A stretch of 64,000 bases of DNA from Octopus vulgaris. Taxonomy: Eukaryota. The stretch covers positions 91,574,001 through 91,638,000 of the forward strand of contig OX597815.1 of NCBI GenBank assembly GCA_951406725.2, written 5' to 3'. The notes under the pieces are model-generated. The model searched no databases. It was not told the origin of the DNA and saw only the letters and a list, made by a program, of their open reading frames with translations. The translations under genes were made by a program, and so were the position numbers. This document shows positions 38,501-52,562 of this stretch, piece after piece (within the stretch, counting starts at the first letter, position 1; each line of letters begins with the position of its first letter).

Positions 38501-39820
38501 TTGATACTTTTTTATCAGTTAGTAAAGAGAATATTGATAGACCAAGAATGATTAAATTCAAAGAGCACCAAACAACTGGCCAAGAAGCAAACTGTTTCTA
38601 GCCTTCTCACAATCAGTGGAAAGCGTTCCTAGCTAAGACAGCTCAGAAAACTACCTCCACCCCCATTTAGCAGGGAAGGAAGACTTTATAATTATAAACA
38701 GTTACAGTACAAGAAAACTGATGAGAGTTTTTAATAGCTTCAAATTTTTAGTTCAACTTCTCTTGTTGGTATTGCAGGGAGAGGGACAAACTCTACTGAC
38801 TATTTCTAGGTAAACTGTACATAAAGACAAGATCTTTACTGGTGTTCATCCAAACTAGTCGGTAAACTGTAGGACTGGTTTCATCAAATATGTATTTAAT
38901 GTTTGTTTTCTAATGACGCTATCTACTTTCAGCCTTAGTCACATGGTTGAGAAATTAGGTATTATTTGGTCACTAAAGTAGCACTAGTAACCACAGCAGC
39001 TGCAGTAACAGTTAAAGCTGTCAAGCCTTAGGTCTGCTCTTGTGAAGCAGACACATAATCAAAGACATTCAAGCCATGACCATCCAGACATTCAAGTGAC
39101 CACATACAGATCTCCTCATTAGTTTATATGCACTAAAGTTTGAATATGACCTATTCTAGACCTATTTCTAGCCTACCTTTTAACCCTCCCCTGTTTTATG
39201 TGCCAACATTTTCTTTTGACTTTCAGAACCCACTCTAGCATCCAATTATTCTTGTCTGGTTAATATTCCCATATATTCATTCAACTTTCCCTTCATATCT
39301 AATTTGCATTTCTTTTTTTTTTCTTTTTTTTTGCTTAATTTTCCAATTAATTTCTGTTACAATTTATATTTCCATTTTATTTATTATAAATATCTATCCT
39401 ATAAATGACTTTCTTATGTAATATTTAACATTTTAACACCAGCCTATCTATTTTCTTGCTTTCATTATACTTATTGAATTTTATTTATATCAATTTATAA
39501 TATCAAAACTTTGCTGGCAGGATGATTGTTCTTGGCTAGAAAAGGTCAGTACTAAATATAATACTAATCTTTTCAGCCAAATTGATGCTTTCAACTTTCT
39601 GTAGTAAAGTGGTCATGGCTAAATTGATAGTTTGCTGTGAGGTGAAATATCTCCAATATTGCATATATATATACAATATATTTATGTATGTATTAGATAT
39701 TGTATATGCATATATATATATATACACACATATTTATGTATATATTAGATATTATGTATGCATATATATATAAGCATATATACATATTTATATATGTATT
39801 AGATATTATATATGGATACA

Positions 39821-39852
<32 letters not shown>

Positions 39853-39963
39853 CACTCACAGACACACATATATACACATACACACATATATATACATGTG
39901 TATGTGTGCATGCAACCCATGCCAGCATGAAGCACGGATGTTAAATGATAATGACGTAATACA

Positions 39964-39999
<36 letters not shown>

Positions 40000-41364
40000 T
40001 ATATGCACACACACATTTGTGTGCGCACGCATGTGTGTGTGTGTGCATACATACGTGAATATTATGTGTCTGTGCATGCCTTTAGGTGTGAATATATGTG
40101 TATGTATGTGTGCTTAAATATTGTTTTATGAATGATATCTGCAGGCCCTATATTTAAGCCAATTATGAAATACTGGCAATGCATCAATCAAGCCACACTG
40201 ATAGAAAATGCAATATTTTGATTGATAAGAAGTCTGCTAGCAATGTTATTATTTTCCTTGTTGTCGTTATTGTTTTTATTGCTGTTGTTGTTAGTTCTTG
40301 GTCATCTCTAACTGACCAGTTCTTAACCAAGTAAGGCTGTTGCTCAAGATTAGGCCAAATCACATGATTTGTACACGTGATGTGTAGAGGCCTGCAAGTT
40401 GAATTGAAATAGCAAAGTACTTTTTGGTATTGGACAGCTACCAGCCCATCAGTTGCATGATCAAATCCACTGCAACTGTTGTGTTATTTATTTGGATCAA
40501 ACTCTTAAATTTCTACATGCCATAACATCAGTTTTCAGGACCAAGTAAGTGGGTGGAGCTTTATATTGGCTTCATAGATCAAACCCTAACAAAATCCTTG
40601 GAACCTCTTCACTGTTATTTACCTTAACAAAACATTCCTAGAACTAAATATTATCCCTTCTTTTGTGATTGATGCATACCTCTCTTGCATATTGCTGGAT
40701 TTTGCACAGTACATTTAAGCCAAATGACTAAGTAAATCTGAATGCAGAATATCTGCTCTTGGGTCTTGAGTTCAAATTTATTTTATGCAATCACTCAACT
40801 TGCTAGAAATAGAAGCCATATCTATATCAAATCACACACCAACATCTGGAAAAAGTAAGGGCACATTAGATTATATGGTGCTAGATACTCTGTAAAAAGA
40901 CGATGGTCACAACTGAATCATTTTTGATCATGGGTGTACTCAATTATGGCTAACGTGGGGTTAAATAACAACCACACATTTTAGGGTGTTTTCTTGTGTG
41001 ATAAGAACAAGTTTCTACATGTGTATAAGTCACACTATTTTCCACCAAAATATGGTGTAACATCCAACATGCAACTTATCTACTGAACATACAAAACCTT
41101 GATTTATAATATGTGGTGCAATGTAAGTGCCATAAGCAGTCTCGCATGTGATGTAAACTGACAGTACTTAATACCAATGTGTGTGCTTCTAGTTGCTTGA
41201 CCATAATTAAATACCATAACATGAGACACCAACAGAAATTACGTACATGTTTTCTTGGTTCATTTCCTAATCAATAAGCATGATATAATGATAATTTTTG
41301 AATCCCATTATTTACTGTAGGTAAACATAATCCTATATTGACAAAACAGGTAATTTATGAAATA

Positions 41365-41578
41365 TTGGTTTCAAATTTTGGCACAAGGCCAGCAATTTCA
41401 GGGAGAGGATAAGTCGATTAGATCAATCCCTGTGTTCAACTGGTACCTATTTAATAGACCCCAAATGGATGAAAGGCAAAGCCAACCTTAGCAGAATTTG
41501 AACTCAGAACATTAAAACGGACAAAATGCTGCTAAGCATTTTACCTGGCATACTAATGATTCTGCGAGCTCATTGCCT
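41365..41578 (-). mobile_element. SINE family B
   Basis: Reverse-complement match to 44982-45208. Confidence 0.8.
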
Positions 41579-42499
41579 AATTTATGATATATTGTTACCC
41601 CATATGGAAGCAAATCAAACCACTGTACTGTATTGGATTGTTGACATGGAATTTGCTCCCCTTGATAAACTTCCATACGCATGCTTTACAGCAGAAATTG
41701 CATTCAATATAATTAAAATACAGAGGAGATGGTATATTTACATGTCAGGGTAGCTGGAGTATATTAATCATTTCATTATTGCATGTGATGAAATTAAATT
41801 AACTACGGTGCTGCATGTAATTAAATATATAAAATAGACTTATTCAATATAGAGAATTCAGAGTGCGTTAACGTGGGTTTAATTTGTTAAAAGCTACCAA
41901 AAGATATGTTTACATGTAGTTTCATTAGATATATTACGTGGGAAATAATCATATTTTCATAAAACTTTCATAAAACACACACACATGAACAGAAAAATAG
42001 AAACAATAACAGGTGGAAGGAATGGAAAATTGTATATATAATTATATGATATAATCAAGTCTTATTTTCACAGTTGTTTCAGCTAATCAATGGCAGGTGA
42101 TATAAACATGGATATTATGTAATGAACCCTGATAATATTGAAGGCATATAAACAGGCATGGTTTTTGAAAGACCCCAAGGAGCAAAGTCATGATAAACTC
42201 CTCAGAAGGCATAGGCAAATAGCTTAGTAAGGAACTGTGTTTATAAATATATGTAGGTTCAATAAAATTAGAAAGAGAGGAGTAGAAAGGAGTTATAGGG
42301 ATAAATCTAAAGATATATAGACAGAGATGTTGATAAAATTAATGGGACCTTAGATTTTAACCATCTTTGTCAACTACTCTGGTAAAATAGATCTTTAAAA
42401 TCAAAACTTGAAGTCCCACTCAAATTAATATTATCAATAAATTTGCTCTACTTTTATGTATAGAGTCCCACCACCATCAATGTTTTTGTTTTTTAAACT

Positions 42500-42629
42500 A
42501 GCTAATCATAATTTTATTCAACATATTCCCCTCTCAGATTCACACACTTAGAACTTTAGTTTTTCTAAGCTCTGTAAAAGAACTCAGAAGGTTTGACCTC
42601 CAACCAGGCCTTTCATGCACCCCCTCGTA
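42500..42629 (-). mobile_element. Mariner deletion derivative
   Basis: TA-CGAGGGGGTGC terminus at 42629; KCVNLRGEYVE* (42549-42514) matches a mariner transposase C-terminus. Confidence 0.75.
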
Positions 42630-43796
42630 TAAGTGAAACCAAGGATAGAATAGGGTGAGTGGGTGGGTAAGGGAGAGACAGAGTATTCATAAACACAGCC
42701 TGCAACTTATATGTAAGTCATCTTTTGAGCTAAGAGTGTTGTCTGTGAACTGAGGGTGTGATTTATTTATCAGTGTGACTTGAGCATTTACAATACTTTA
42801 AATCACTATTGGTTATATTCAGTAGAATATCAATAACAGAAACATTACTTTTGATATACTACAGTCATTTCCATGTATAGTTTTATCTCTCATCTGCATA
42901 TGAACCAGAACATATTCTAGCATGAGATTTTTGGTTCTTCACTCCAAAGTATCTCCTTGGAATTTTTTTTTACCTATTTTTTTTATTCACTTATTTTGTC
43001 TCTCCTATTCCCCCTACCATGATAGAGATATATAATTTTAAAGAATATTTTTACATAACAAAATTCAGTTTGGGGGTGCAGGTGTTATCGTTACATATAT
43101 ATATTTTTTACAAGTGCACATGCTTGCATATATATGTCTGCATGCATAAAGGAGGTACCCATCCTACTTCACAGTTGAGTGGTTAACATCAGCAAGGGTA
43201 TCCAGCTGTAAAAAATGTTCTCTTAAACAATTCATAAACAAAGATAAAGGAAACGTGTATACTCACACACACACACACACACATATGTAGTCAGGGAATG
43301 AATGTAAAGAAAAAAGACTGAGTATATGTAACTGCCTATATGTGAAAGGACACACACACACACACATAATTACATGGATATAAGTGCAGGCATGAATACT
43401 TAGTTAAGAAGTTTGCTTCAATCACATGTATTCAAGTTCAGTTACAGTTACACGGCATAGAACTTTGGGCAGATGTCTTTTAGTAGAACTTTAGATTCAC
43501 CAATGAGTTGTGAAGGATATTTGGTAGGCAGAAACTATGTAGAAACACAGCACATATATATCTGTGAGACTGTATATGTATCCATATGTTTAACTTTCTG
43601 TGTCCATATATTTAACTTTGAACCTCTTAACAACTGGTACTGTTTGTATCTGTCATGTAACTTAGCAGTCCAAGAAATAGTATTCAATAAAATCAGCACC
43701 AAACTCAAAAATCATATTAGGATCATCTCAATCTTTGAAGGAATGCCCCATCATTACTGCAGTTAAAGTATATTAAACCAGTTTTAAAAATATTGT

Positions 43797-44145
43797 TATA
43801 TTTGGGGATGGTCATTTTTTCCCCCTGTCCAATAAGCACATGCATTACTTATTTGATCTTCACTTTAGCATTATTACCAGAATTCTTTCATCATGCATTC
43901 TATGCTCTCTTCAGTGACTTTCTGTTCCTCGTGTCTCTACTCTTCTCTAGTCTTGTTCTGTCTATTCCATTTTCTATAAGAGAAAAACAAAATGGAATAG
44001 ACAGGACAAGCCAAGAGAAGAGTAGAGACACTAGAAACAGAAGGTCACTGAAGAGGTCACAGAATGTGTAAAGAAAAACTCTGATAATAAAACTAAAGTG
44101 GTGATTGACAGAAAAATAAAATGGAAATGTCCATCCCCAAATATA
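43797..44145. mobile_element. ~350-bp fold-back palindrome with mirror hammerhead remnants (Penelope-like)
   Basis: Arms pair from tatatttggggatgg/ccatccccaaatata inward to ctattccatttt/aaaatggaatag; right arm reads GUCA CUGAAGAG...AGAAU...GAAA...CUC UGAU AAUAAA (44044-44091). Confidence 0.7.
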
Positions 44146-44221
44146 TGTTTCAACACGATTTCACATAAAGAATCTTGCAAAACAAATACATAAGCATAAA
44201 TTATTTTTTTTAAATATTTAT

Positions 44222-44345
44222 GAGTGGCCTGCTCACTTAGCCAGTGGGGTGGCATCATTTGAAGGCTAAAACAATGCAAAGCGCATTGTGACCAGCGATG
44301 TGTAGCAATATCTGATAGCCTGGTTGGTCACGTGATCACATGATG
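44222..44345 (+). mobile_element. Retroposon 3' end with (CACGTGAT)n-like tail
   Basis: GC-richer segment ending ggtcacgtgatcacatgat; recalled as a common octopus repeat, not verified. Confidence 0.4.
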
Positions 44346-44354
44346 AGTGGCATA

Positions 44355-44733
44355 GGTGCAGGAGTGACTGTGTGGTAAGTAGCTTGCTTCCCAACCACAT
44401 GGTTCTGGGTTCAATCCAACTGTGTGGCACCTTGGGCAAGTGTCTTCATCTATAGCCTTGAGCTGACCAAAGCCTTGTGATTGGATTTGGAAGACAGAAA
44501 CTGAAAGAAGCCCATCGTATATGTGTTTTTGTGTCTGTGTTTGTCCCCCACCCCCACCATCACTTGACAACTGATGTTGGTGTGCTTACATCCCCGTAAC
44601 TTAGCGGTTCAGCAAAAAGTGACTGATAGAATAAGTACTAGGCTTACAAAGAATAAGTCCTGGGGTTGATTTGTTTGACTAAAGGCGGTGCCCCCGCATG
44701 GCTGCAGTCAGATGACTGAAACAAATAAAAGAA
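44355..44733 (+). mobile_element. SINE family A, full length
   Basis: ggtgcaggagtgactgtgtggtaag head to gactgaaacaaataaaag tail. Confidence 0.9.
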
Positions 44734-44742
44734 TAATCTTTT

Positions 44743-45212
44743 GTTTTAGTCATTAGACTGCAGCCATGCTGAAGCACCACCTTCAAGGATTTTAGTCAAA
44801 TGATTTAACCCCAGTAAGCTTTTTAAACCTACTACTTATTCTGTTGGTCTCTTTTGCCAAACTGCTAAGTTACAGGAATGTAAATACATCAGCACCAGTT
44901 GTCAAATGGTGGTGGGAGACAAACACAAGCACAAAGGCACACACACACACATATTTATATCTATATATATGTATATGTATAAGGTGGCAAACTGGCAGAA
45001 ACGTTAGCATGCTGGGCAAAATGCGTAGCTGTATTTTGTCTGCCGTTACGTTCTGAGTTCAAATTCCGCCGAGGTCGACTTTGCCTTTCATCCTTTCGGG
45101 GTTGATAAATTAAGTACCAGTTACGCACTGGGGTCGATATAAGCGACTTAATCCATTTGTCTGTCCTTGTTTGTCCCCTCTGTGTTTAGCCCCTTGTGGG
45201 TAGTAAAGAAAT

Positions 45213-45246
<34 letters not shown>

Positions 45247-45263
45247 AATTTGGTAGATGGAAA

Positions 45264-45297
<34 letters not shown>

Positions 45298-45417
45298 TTT
45301 CCATATTCGAAATTCGTTCACATATGTGGCTATAGTAAAAGACACTTGTCCAAGGGACTGAACTCAGAACCATGTGGTCAGGAAGCAAGCTTCTCACCAC
45401 ATAACCATGCCTCCACC
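44743..45417 (-). mobile_element. SINE family A split by a nested family B SINE
   Basis: Tail half at 44743-44950, head half at 45290-45417. Confidence 0.75.
44982..45208 (+). mobile_element. SINE family B, young copy
   Basis: tRNA-like head (ctggcagaaacgttag ... gagttcaaattcc), central gcctttcatcctttcggggttgataaattaagtacc domain, many CpGs. Confidence 0.9.
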
Positions 45418-46214
45418 TCAGTACAAACATTGGGTACTGTAGTTTATTTAACCTGTTACTTATTTACTGAATACTGGACCAGCTTGAACAAATAATATGC
45501 TAAATGTTTATACTAAAGTATAAATACTTGCACACACAGCTGATGAAATAAACTACCAATCAGGTACTGAGTAAGGTTCAGTTAGATCAACTAATTCCCT
45601 CATTCAAAATTTTAAGCTTTGTACTTTTGTTAGAAATAATTATTAACTTGCTATAAAGCTTCATAAGTGACACAAGGCCTTATAGTTTCATGCATGCTAT
45701 TAACTCCCTTATGTAGCTTTGCAGCTAAATTGTATATATACATATATACAATATATATTTGTGCATTATATATATATAGAGAGAGAGAGAGAGATAGATA
45801 GATAGACATAGACAGACAGACAGACACATATATCTCATCATTATCATTTAACGGCTGTTTTCAATGCTGGCATGGGTTGGACAGTTTGACAGGAGCTGGC
45901 CAGACTAAATAGATGGTGAAGTCCACATTACCCTGTAAAGAGCATAGGGCCAGTTTCCCAGTTTCTCTGAATGGGAACCTGGTCTGTCACAGAATAACTC
46001 AGTTTTACCTGTTGAGTGGGCTGGAGCAATGTGAAATGAAGTGCTTTACTCAAGAATACAATGCCCCACCCGATCCAGAAATCGAAACTACAATCTTACT
46101 GTCATGAGTCCAATACCTTAACCACTAAGCCCTATGCCTGCATATGAATATATAAAAGTGTTTAAATAGTTGGTTCAAAACCCTTTGCATAGATACATAT
46201 GATGCATATACACA

Positions 46215-46550
46215 CATTCTCCTTGTCCTGTCTTTTACTGTTTATATTTTGTACTGTCGTTACTGTCCTGTTTTTGTTACCATTTTTACCCCTCCGCAAA
46301 AATATCTCAAATTTTATTTAATTTGCTTTTCACGGGAAGGAAAGTTTCTATCGAAGATGCGTATCGCCTTCACCTTCGAAACACAAAGTAGATGAAACCA
46401 TGGCAACTGAAGAAGGGGAATTTTCCTTGTGTTATTTGTCCTGTACTCTATTTTTTTGTTGTTTAAGAAAAATGTCCAGTTCCTTGGTTTTGTGTTTATG
46501 TTTTCGTTTCTCATTGTGTTCGACGTTTTTTTGGTGTCCTGTACCCATAT
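46215..46550 (+). mobile_element. Probable Penelope-like LTR fragment
   Basis: T-rich CpG-retaining insert with hammerhead-like tcgaaga...tcgaaac acaaa gta gat at 46346-46396. Confidence 0.4.
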
Positions 46551-46629
46551 ATGCATGTATATATACATTTAGAGGTAGGTACGTACATATATGTATGTAT
46601 ATATGCATATGTTTTATTTATTAATTTCA

Positions 46630-46935
46630 TCATCATCATCATCATTTAACGTCCGCTTTCCATGCTAGCATGGGTTGGACGGTTCAACTGGGGTCTGGGG
46701 AGCCTGAAAGCTGCACCAGTCCAGTCAGATCTGGCAGTGTTTCTACAGCTGGATGCCCTTCCTAACGCCAACCACTCCGAGAGTGTAGTGGGTGATTTTA
46801 TGTGCCACCGACACAGGTGCCAGACGAGGCTGGCAAACGGCCACGCTCGGATGGTGTTTTTTTTTATGTGCCACCGACACAGGTGCCAGATGAGGCTGGC
46901 AAACGGCCACGATCGGATGGTGTTTGTTACGTGCC
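46630..46935 (-). mobile_element. Repeat family C with internal ~67-bp tandem duplication
   Basis: tgtgccaccgacacaggtgccaga...cggatggtgttt occurs twice. Confidence 0.9.
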
Positions 46936-47371
46936 CATTATATATATATATATATAATATATATATTTATATATATAATATATATATTTATATATATAAT
47001 ACATATATATTTATATACGTCAATATATATGCATATATATATTGTACGTGTATAGTATATATATTTCTATATACTATATGAATGTATGTATATCTATAAG
47101 TAGTAAGCAGAAAAGTGCATATGGATCTAGGCATTACAATTTTAGTTCATCTAAGCAAGATATTTAATCACTGAGAGTGTGCAACTCAGCAGTTAGACGG
47201 TACTATGACATTATGTCTATGTGAATTTAACAAGCAAGTGGAATGGACTTGAAATATATCACATAAAGAAACTATTAAATATTTGCTGCAAGTTGTACGT
47301 ATATATGTATTCAGATATGTGTGTGTGTGTTCATGCACATATTTACATGAGTGTGTATGTTTATGTTTATG

Positions 47372-47402
<31 letters not shown>

Positions 47403-48546
47403 GTATGAGAGAGATGTACATTTGTATACTGTTCCATGTATATGTCTTTTTAGCTTTGTATCTATATAAATAACTATGTGAATATAAGTCTGTAATATGC
47501 ATATGTAGTCACGAACGTACTGATACAGATATATATTTTAATAAATACATAAACATCTAATCTAAACATTTGTAGAGTCATGTATACATACATATAAAGG
47601 TGTGTATATAGATGTGGATGTTCATTTTAATCAAATACTTTCACTCTTGTATACACACATGTTTGTGGAATTATGTTATATTTTTCCTATTCAACTTTCT
47701 CAATTTCTCTTTGCCACCCTTGTATGTATGCATGTATGTATGTATGTATGTATCTGTGATACATGCATGTGTTTATGTGTATTTGTATGCATGTATGTTC
47801 CTGAGTGCACATCTTTATACATACTTCTATAAAAGTAAATACCACTCACAGTCACACACATATACACATACATTGATCATACATTATAATGCTATATATA
47901 GTTTTTATAGACACATTTATATGTATTCATGTTTTTGTGAGTTTCTGTATGTGTGTGTGCATACACATGATCATTTCTCTCAAAATATTTATAAATATAT
48001 GTATGTTTACATATACACACACACACATATATACACATGCATATGAATATAAATATGTATATATATGCTATATACATATTAATATCTGTATATGTGTGTG
48101 TATACATACATATATATTTACCCACATACATACACACACACATCTGCACATAAAAATCTGGGCTTGTAATCTCCAATCTCATAAGAATGTCTCATAAATT
48201 AATCTCTTTTACCAAAACTTCCATCAGTTCTCTCTTCTTTTTACACTCAGTCGGATTTCTGGTCCAAAATGTTCATTGTTGTGAGTTTTACTATTATTTT
48301 TATTTGTTTCATTTACTTGGTGAACTTAAAATTGTTGTTGTTGTAGCTATTATTATTATTATTATTTTACTTTTTTCTTTATTTTGTTATTTAACTTTTT
48401 TTTCTTTTTTTTTGTCTTTGCTTTTTTAAGATTTTTAAAGAAAAATTTTCTGTTTTATATTTATACCTGTTCTTAACTGTTCTTAAATTTCATAATTACA
48501 ATATTACTATACTATTATTCTAGTTCTGGTGTTCTTCTATTCTTTT

Positions 48547-48900
48547 TCTTGTTTCACTCATTGGACTGTGCCCAGGCTGGAGCCCTGCTTTGTTGGTTTT
48601 AGTTGAACAAATCAACTCCAGTACTTATTCTATCAGTCTCTTTTTACTGAACCACTAAGTTAGATCGGGGACATAAACAAACCAACACTGGTTGTCAGGT
48701 GGTAAGAGTTCAACCCAAGGACACATGCACACACATACACAACAGGCTTCTTTCAGTTTCCATCTACCAAATTCACTTATAAGTTATTGTATCAACACAG
48801 GGGTATAGAAGAAGACACTGGCTTAGGGTACTGCACAATGAGACTGAACCCGGAACCACATGATTGCAAAGCAAACTTCTTAACCATTCAGCTATGCCTT
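48547..48900 (-). mobile_element. SINE family A
   Basis: Diverged reverse-complement copy. Confidence 0.8.
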
Positions 48901-49314
48901 ATATTTTTTCTTGTAGTTGGTATTATTCAGTTTGCTTCTATGTATGCTATGTTGCTCACTGGGCTTTGTTTTTGCATTTTTGTATACTGATGCTGTTGTT
49001 TTTGTTGTTTGTGTTGTTGTTCATTTTGTTTATCTTGCTTGTATACTTCTTCATTCTTTGTCTTACTACCACCCACTCTAGGCACCAACATCTATTCCCT
49101 CAAGGAAGTTTCTACAGCAGTGGGTCTCAACAAAATTCTCATTGCTAGAAAGCCTTTGATTGTATATCTGCTTGTTTGCTGTTGACTCGAGGTTTAACAG
49201 TAGCAACAACAACCCTCTTAAGTTAATAACAGGTCCTCTACATAGTCGCTCAGTCTGCCAGAAATAGCAACCAAAATTTCTTTAATTTAGACTCTACTGT
49301 CTTGAAGCAGTCAA

Positions 49315-49683
49315 GGCGCAGGAGTGGCTGTGTGGTAAATAGCTTGCTAACCAACCACATGGTTCCGGGTTCAGTCCCACTGCGTGGCATCTTGGGCAAG
49401 TGTCTTCTGCTATAGCCCCGGGCCGACCAATGCCTTGTGAGTGGATTTGGTTGACGGAAACTGAAAGAAGCCTGTCGTATATATGTATATATATATATGT
49501 GTGTGTGTTTGTGTGCTGGTGTGTTTACATCCCCGTCACTTAGCGGTTCGGCAAAAAGAGACCGATAGAATAAGTACTGAGCTTACAAAGAATAAGTCCC
49601 GGGGTCGATTTGCTCGACTAAAGGCGGTGCTCCAGCATGGCCGCAGTCAAATGACTGAAACAAGTAAAAGAAAAGAAAGAAAG
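49315..49683 (+). mobile_element. SINE family A, young copy (tRNA-derived, octopus-type), nested in a family D repeat
   Basis: ggcgcaggagtggctgtgtggt A-box region, ggttcagtccc B-box, internal (TA)(TG) tract, (aaag)n tail; family D sequence flanks both sides. Confidence 0.9.
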
Positions 49684-51976
49684 TCAGTTCACATTTTGGT
49701 TACTTTGGATATCATAGTCTCAGTTACGCCACATTTCAAAGAATGACAAGATGGTCATGGTTTGGAATGTCTTTGATCATAATGATCATATGGCTGCTTG
49801 ATCATAGCTAGCTCAAGGCTTAACAGCAGCAACAGCGACATTCATCTGTTAACAAAGGGGCCTGTACATGGTCATGTGAACTGCTAGAAAGAGCAGCTAC
49901 AGCTCCTTCACATTACACCAGTTTTGAAGAAGGTGAGTCGTTTTGGATAATCATCTTAATTACATCATGTTCAAGAGAAAGGCATGGTGGCCATAGCTGG
50001 AATGTCTTTGACACCATCATAGCTATCCTGTAACTAAACAGCATCATTTTTAATAAGCTTTTGTCAGCCATATTTTCCCCTATTCCTACATGTAAGTTTT
50101 CCCAAGCAGATGGTATTTTCCTTTCTCTCCCTCTCCGGTATCATTCTTGTCTTTTATTCCATTACTTCTAATTTGGAACATGCTTACAAACACACACAAA
50201 AGAAAATACAACCAGATGCATGTACTTTCTTGTGCCATAAACTTGTACATATACACCATTCGCAAGAGCCATTCAGGGAGCCTGTATCTTTATATGGTTA
50301 TTTAACCAGCTTGAAATAGCAGCCAAATCTCACTCAGATCACATCTTATGGTCTTTATAAAATGAAGTGCACATTGTATAACGTAGTCCCAGATACACGA
50401 AAAAATATGTGGTGGGGGTGCTAGGGAATAGCAGCAATGCATAAAACTGACTGTACATACTCAAATTATAAGCATGCACTGTATAAATGCATATTCACTT
50501 CTAAATATGCATAGCTACATACAGATGCACATACTAATGCACACACTGTATGTTGCATACACTTATAGAAGTGTACATTCATGCGTAACAATCAAATATG
50601 TATTCATCTCCATGAGCATAACATCTCATGCATAAATACAAAGAATTGATACACATGCGCACACACACACACACAAATGCACAAAAATACATAAATATGC
50701 ATACACATACACTCACGCACAGAATTTACAGTATGCATACATAGATATACAAATGCACACAGAAAGATACATACACAAAAACATGCAAATTATATATGCA
50801 GTTACAAACACTCATATCACAAACACACTCAGGCAAACAGATGCACGCATGCATACAAACAAATACACATATATGTAGTTCTTGCTTTTGTTTTTTTTAT
50901 GATAGGAATGGGTGTCTTTGTTAGTTGGCCCCAAATAAACCTTGATCCAGCAGACTTATGACTAAAGGCATTCCAGCTGTGATCTTCTTGTCTTTATTTT
51001 TCAGACATAGTTAGTATCCACTGTCTCTTTTCTACTGAAGCTGTTAAGATATGATTTAAATTTGATTTAAGGTTGTGTGTGATGCATAGAGGCTCTCTCA
51101 TTGGTTAGAGTACATATTTAATGCCTATGCCACATTTTTTTTTTAAATGGTGGAATGTGATTTAAGGGTGATTTGACTGTTATTTCTTGAAGGTCAGGCT
51201 GCTACATAGAGGCTACATTCTTCACCCCCTTCCTACTAGATGATCACTGTCGAAGTAAATCTTGATTTGAATGCTAGTCTGAAAGAGCTGATCTGCCAAA
51301 GTATATGTACATATGGTAGCAAAAATGATAGAACACTTGATTAGGTTTCTTTACAATATAGTATAATGTCTTCCTTCTGCATTCTGTTTTCAAATTCAAC
51401 CAAGGCAATATCAATCTCAATGTCCACTAATATCAATCGCAAAAAAATCCCAGAAATGCAGTATAGTTGATAACTATACTCTGATCCTTCTGATATGTAC
51501 CAACATGATAAATCAACCACACGTTTGTGTGTGTGTGTGTGTGTGGTGTGAAACACTTGGAATCATTTTATTTCACTACTTATCTTGAGGAAGACATAGA
51601 TGTCACACTATGCTCTGTAAAGTAGTTGGCATTAGGAATGGCATCTAGCTGTAGAAACCATGCCAAAACCTACAAATGGAGCCTAGGCAGCTCTCCAGCA
51701 GTCCAGCTCCTGTCAAATCATCCAACCCATGCCAGCATGGGAAGCATATGTTAAATAATGACGATGATGACAATGATATCTCTCATTTCCTTCAAAATAA
51801 AGGAGCTTTGTAACAATCAAAATAACAAAATATAAACAACATTGTGCATGTGTGAGATAGAGAGAGAAAGAGTATGTGTGTGTGAAAGAGAGATAGAGAG
51901 AAATAGAGAGAGAAAGAGTATGTGTGTGTGTGAGAGATATATAGAGAGAAAGAGTGTGTGTGTGTGTTTGTGTGTT

Positions 51977-52011
<35 letters not shown>

Positions 52012-52524
52012 AAGAGTGTGTGTGTTTGTGTAATGTCCTTTAGAAATTTGTTTTCATTTTCTTTTGACCAAGATAAGAACTGACCACCAACTAGCAAATC
52101 TTAAGAGGCTTTTCCGAGTTGAATAGATAACAGTTTCTGTAAATTAGAAGTTAGAATTCAGAAGAGTTTTGAATATTTCTGCAGCTCCCATTAAGGGACT
52201 TGTAGTTTGTTTAATCAATTTCAGGTGCTTACTTGTAAAATCTAACTTCTCAAGATTAATCTTGAGTCATTTAGTTATATACCCAAATGACTTGATGGCC
52301 ACAAATATAAAAATGTGAAGATTTAGTCTGGATATAACATTTGCTTACACATTCCTAATTATTTGCCCAAAGATCTTTACGACTGAATAAGTCTAAGTCT
52401 AGACTCTTTCATTTATTTTAGTCTGTACCAGATAGTATTTTTATTCAAGTGTGTATATATTGGTATATATGTGTAAGAAGGTATGTTTTATAATTGTGTG
52501 TATAAATGTGTGTATAAGTGCAAA

Positions 52525-52562
<38 letters not shown>

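Noticed and set aside
49315-49390. tRNA gene
   Set aside because: The A/B boxes belong to a SINE head; no full cloverleaf
52185-52224. 40-nt plus-strand exon candidate
   Set aside because: Weak donor (gtgctt) and no other support
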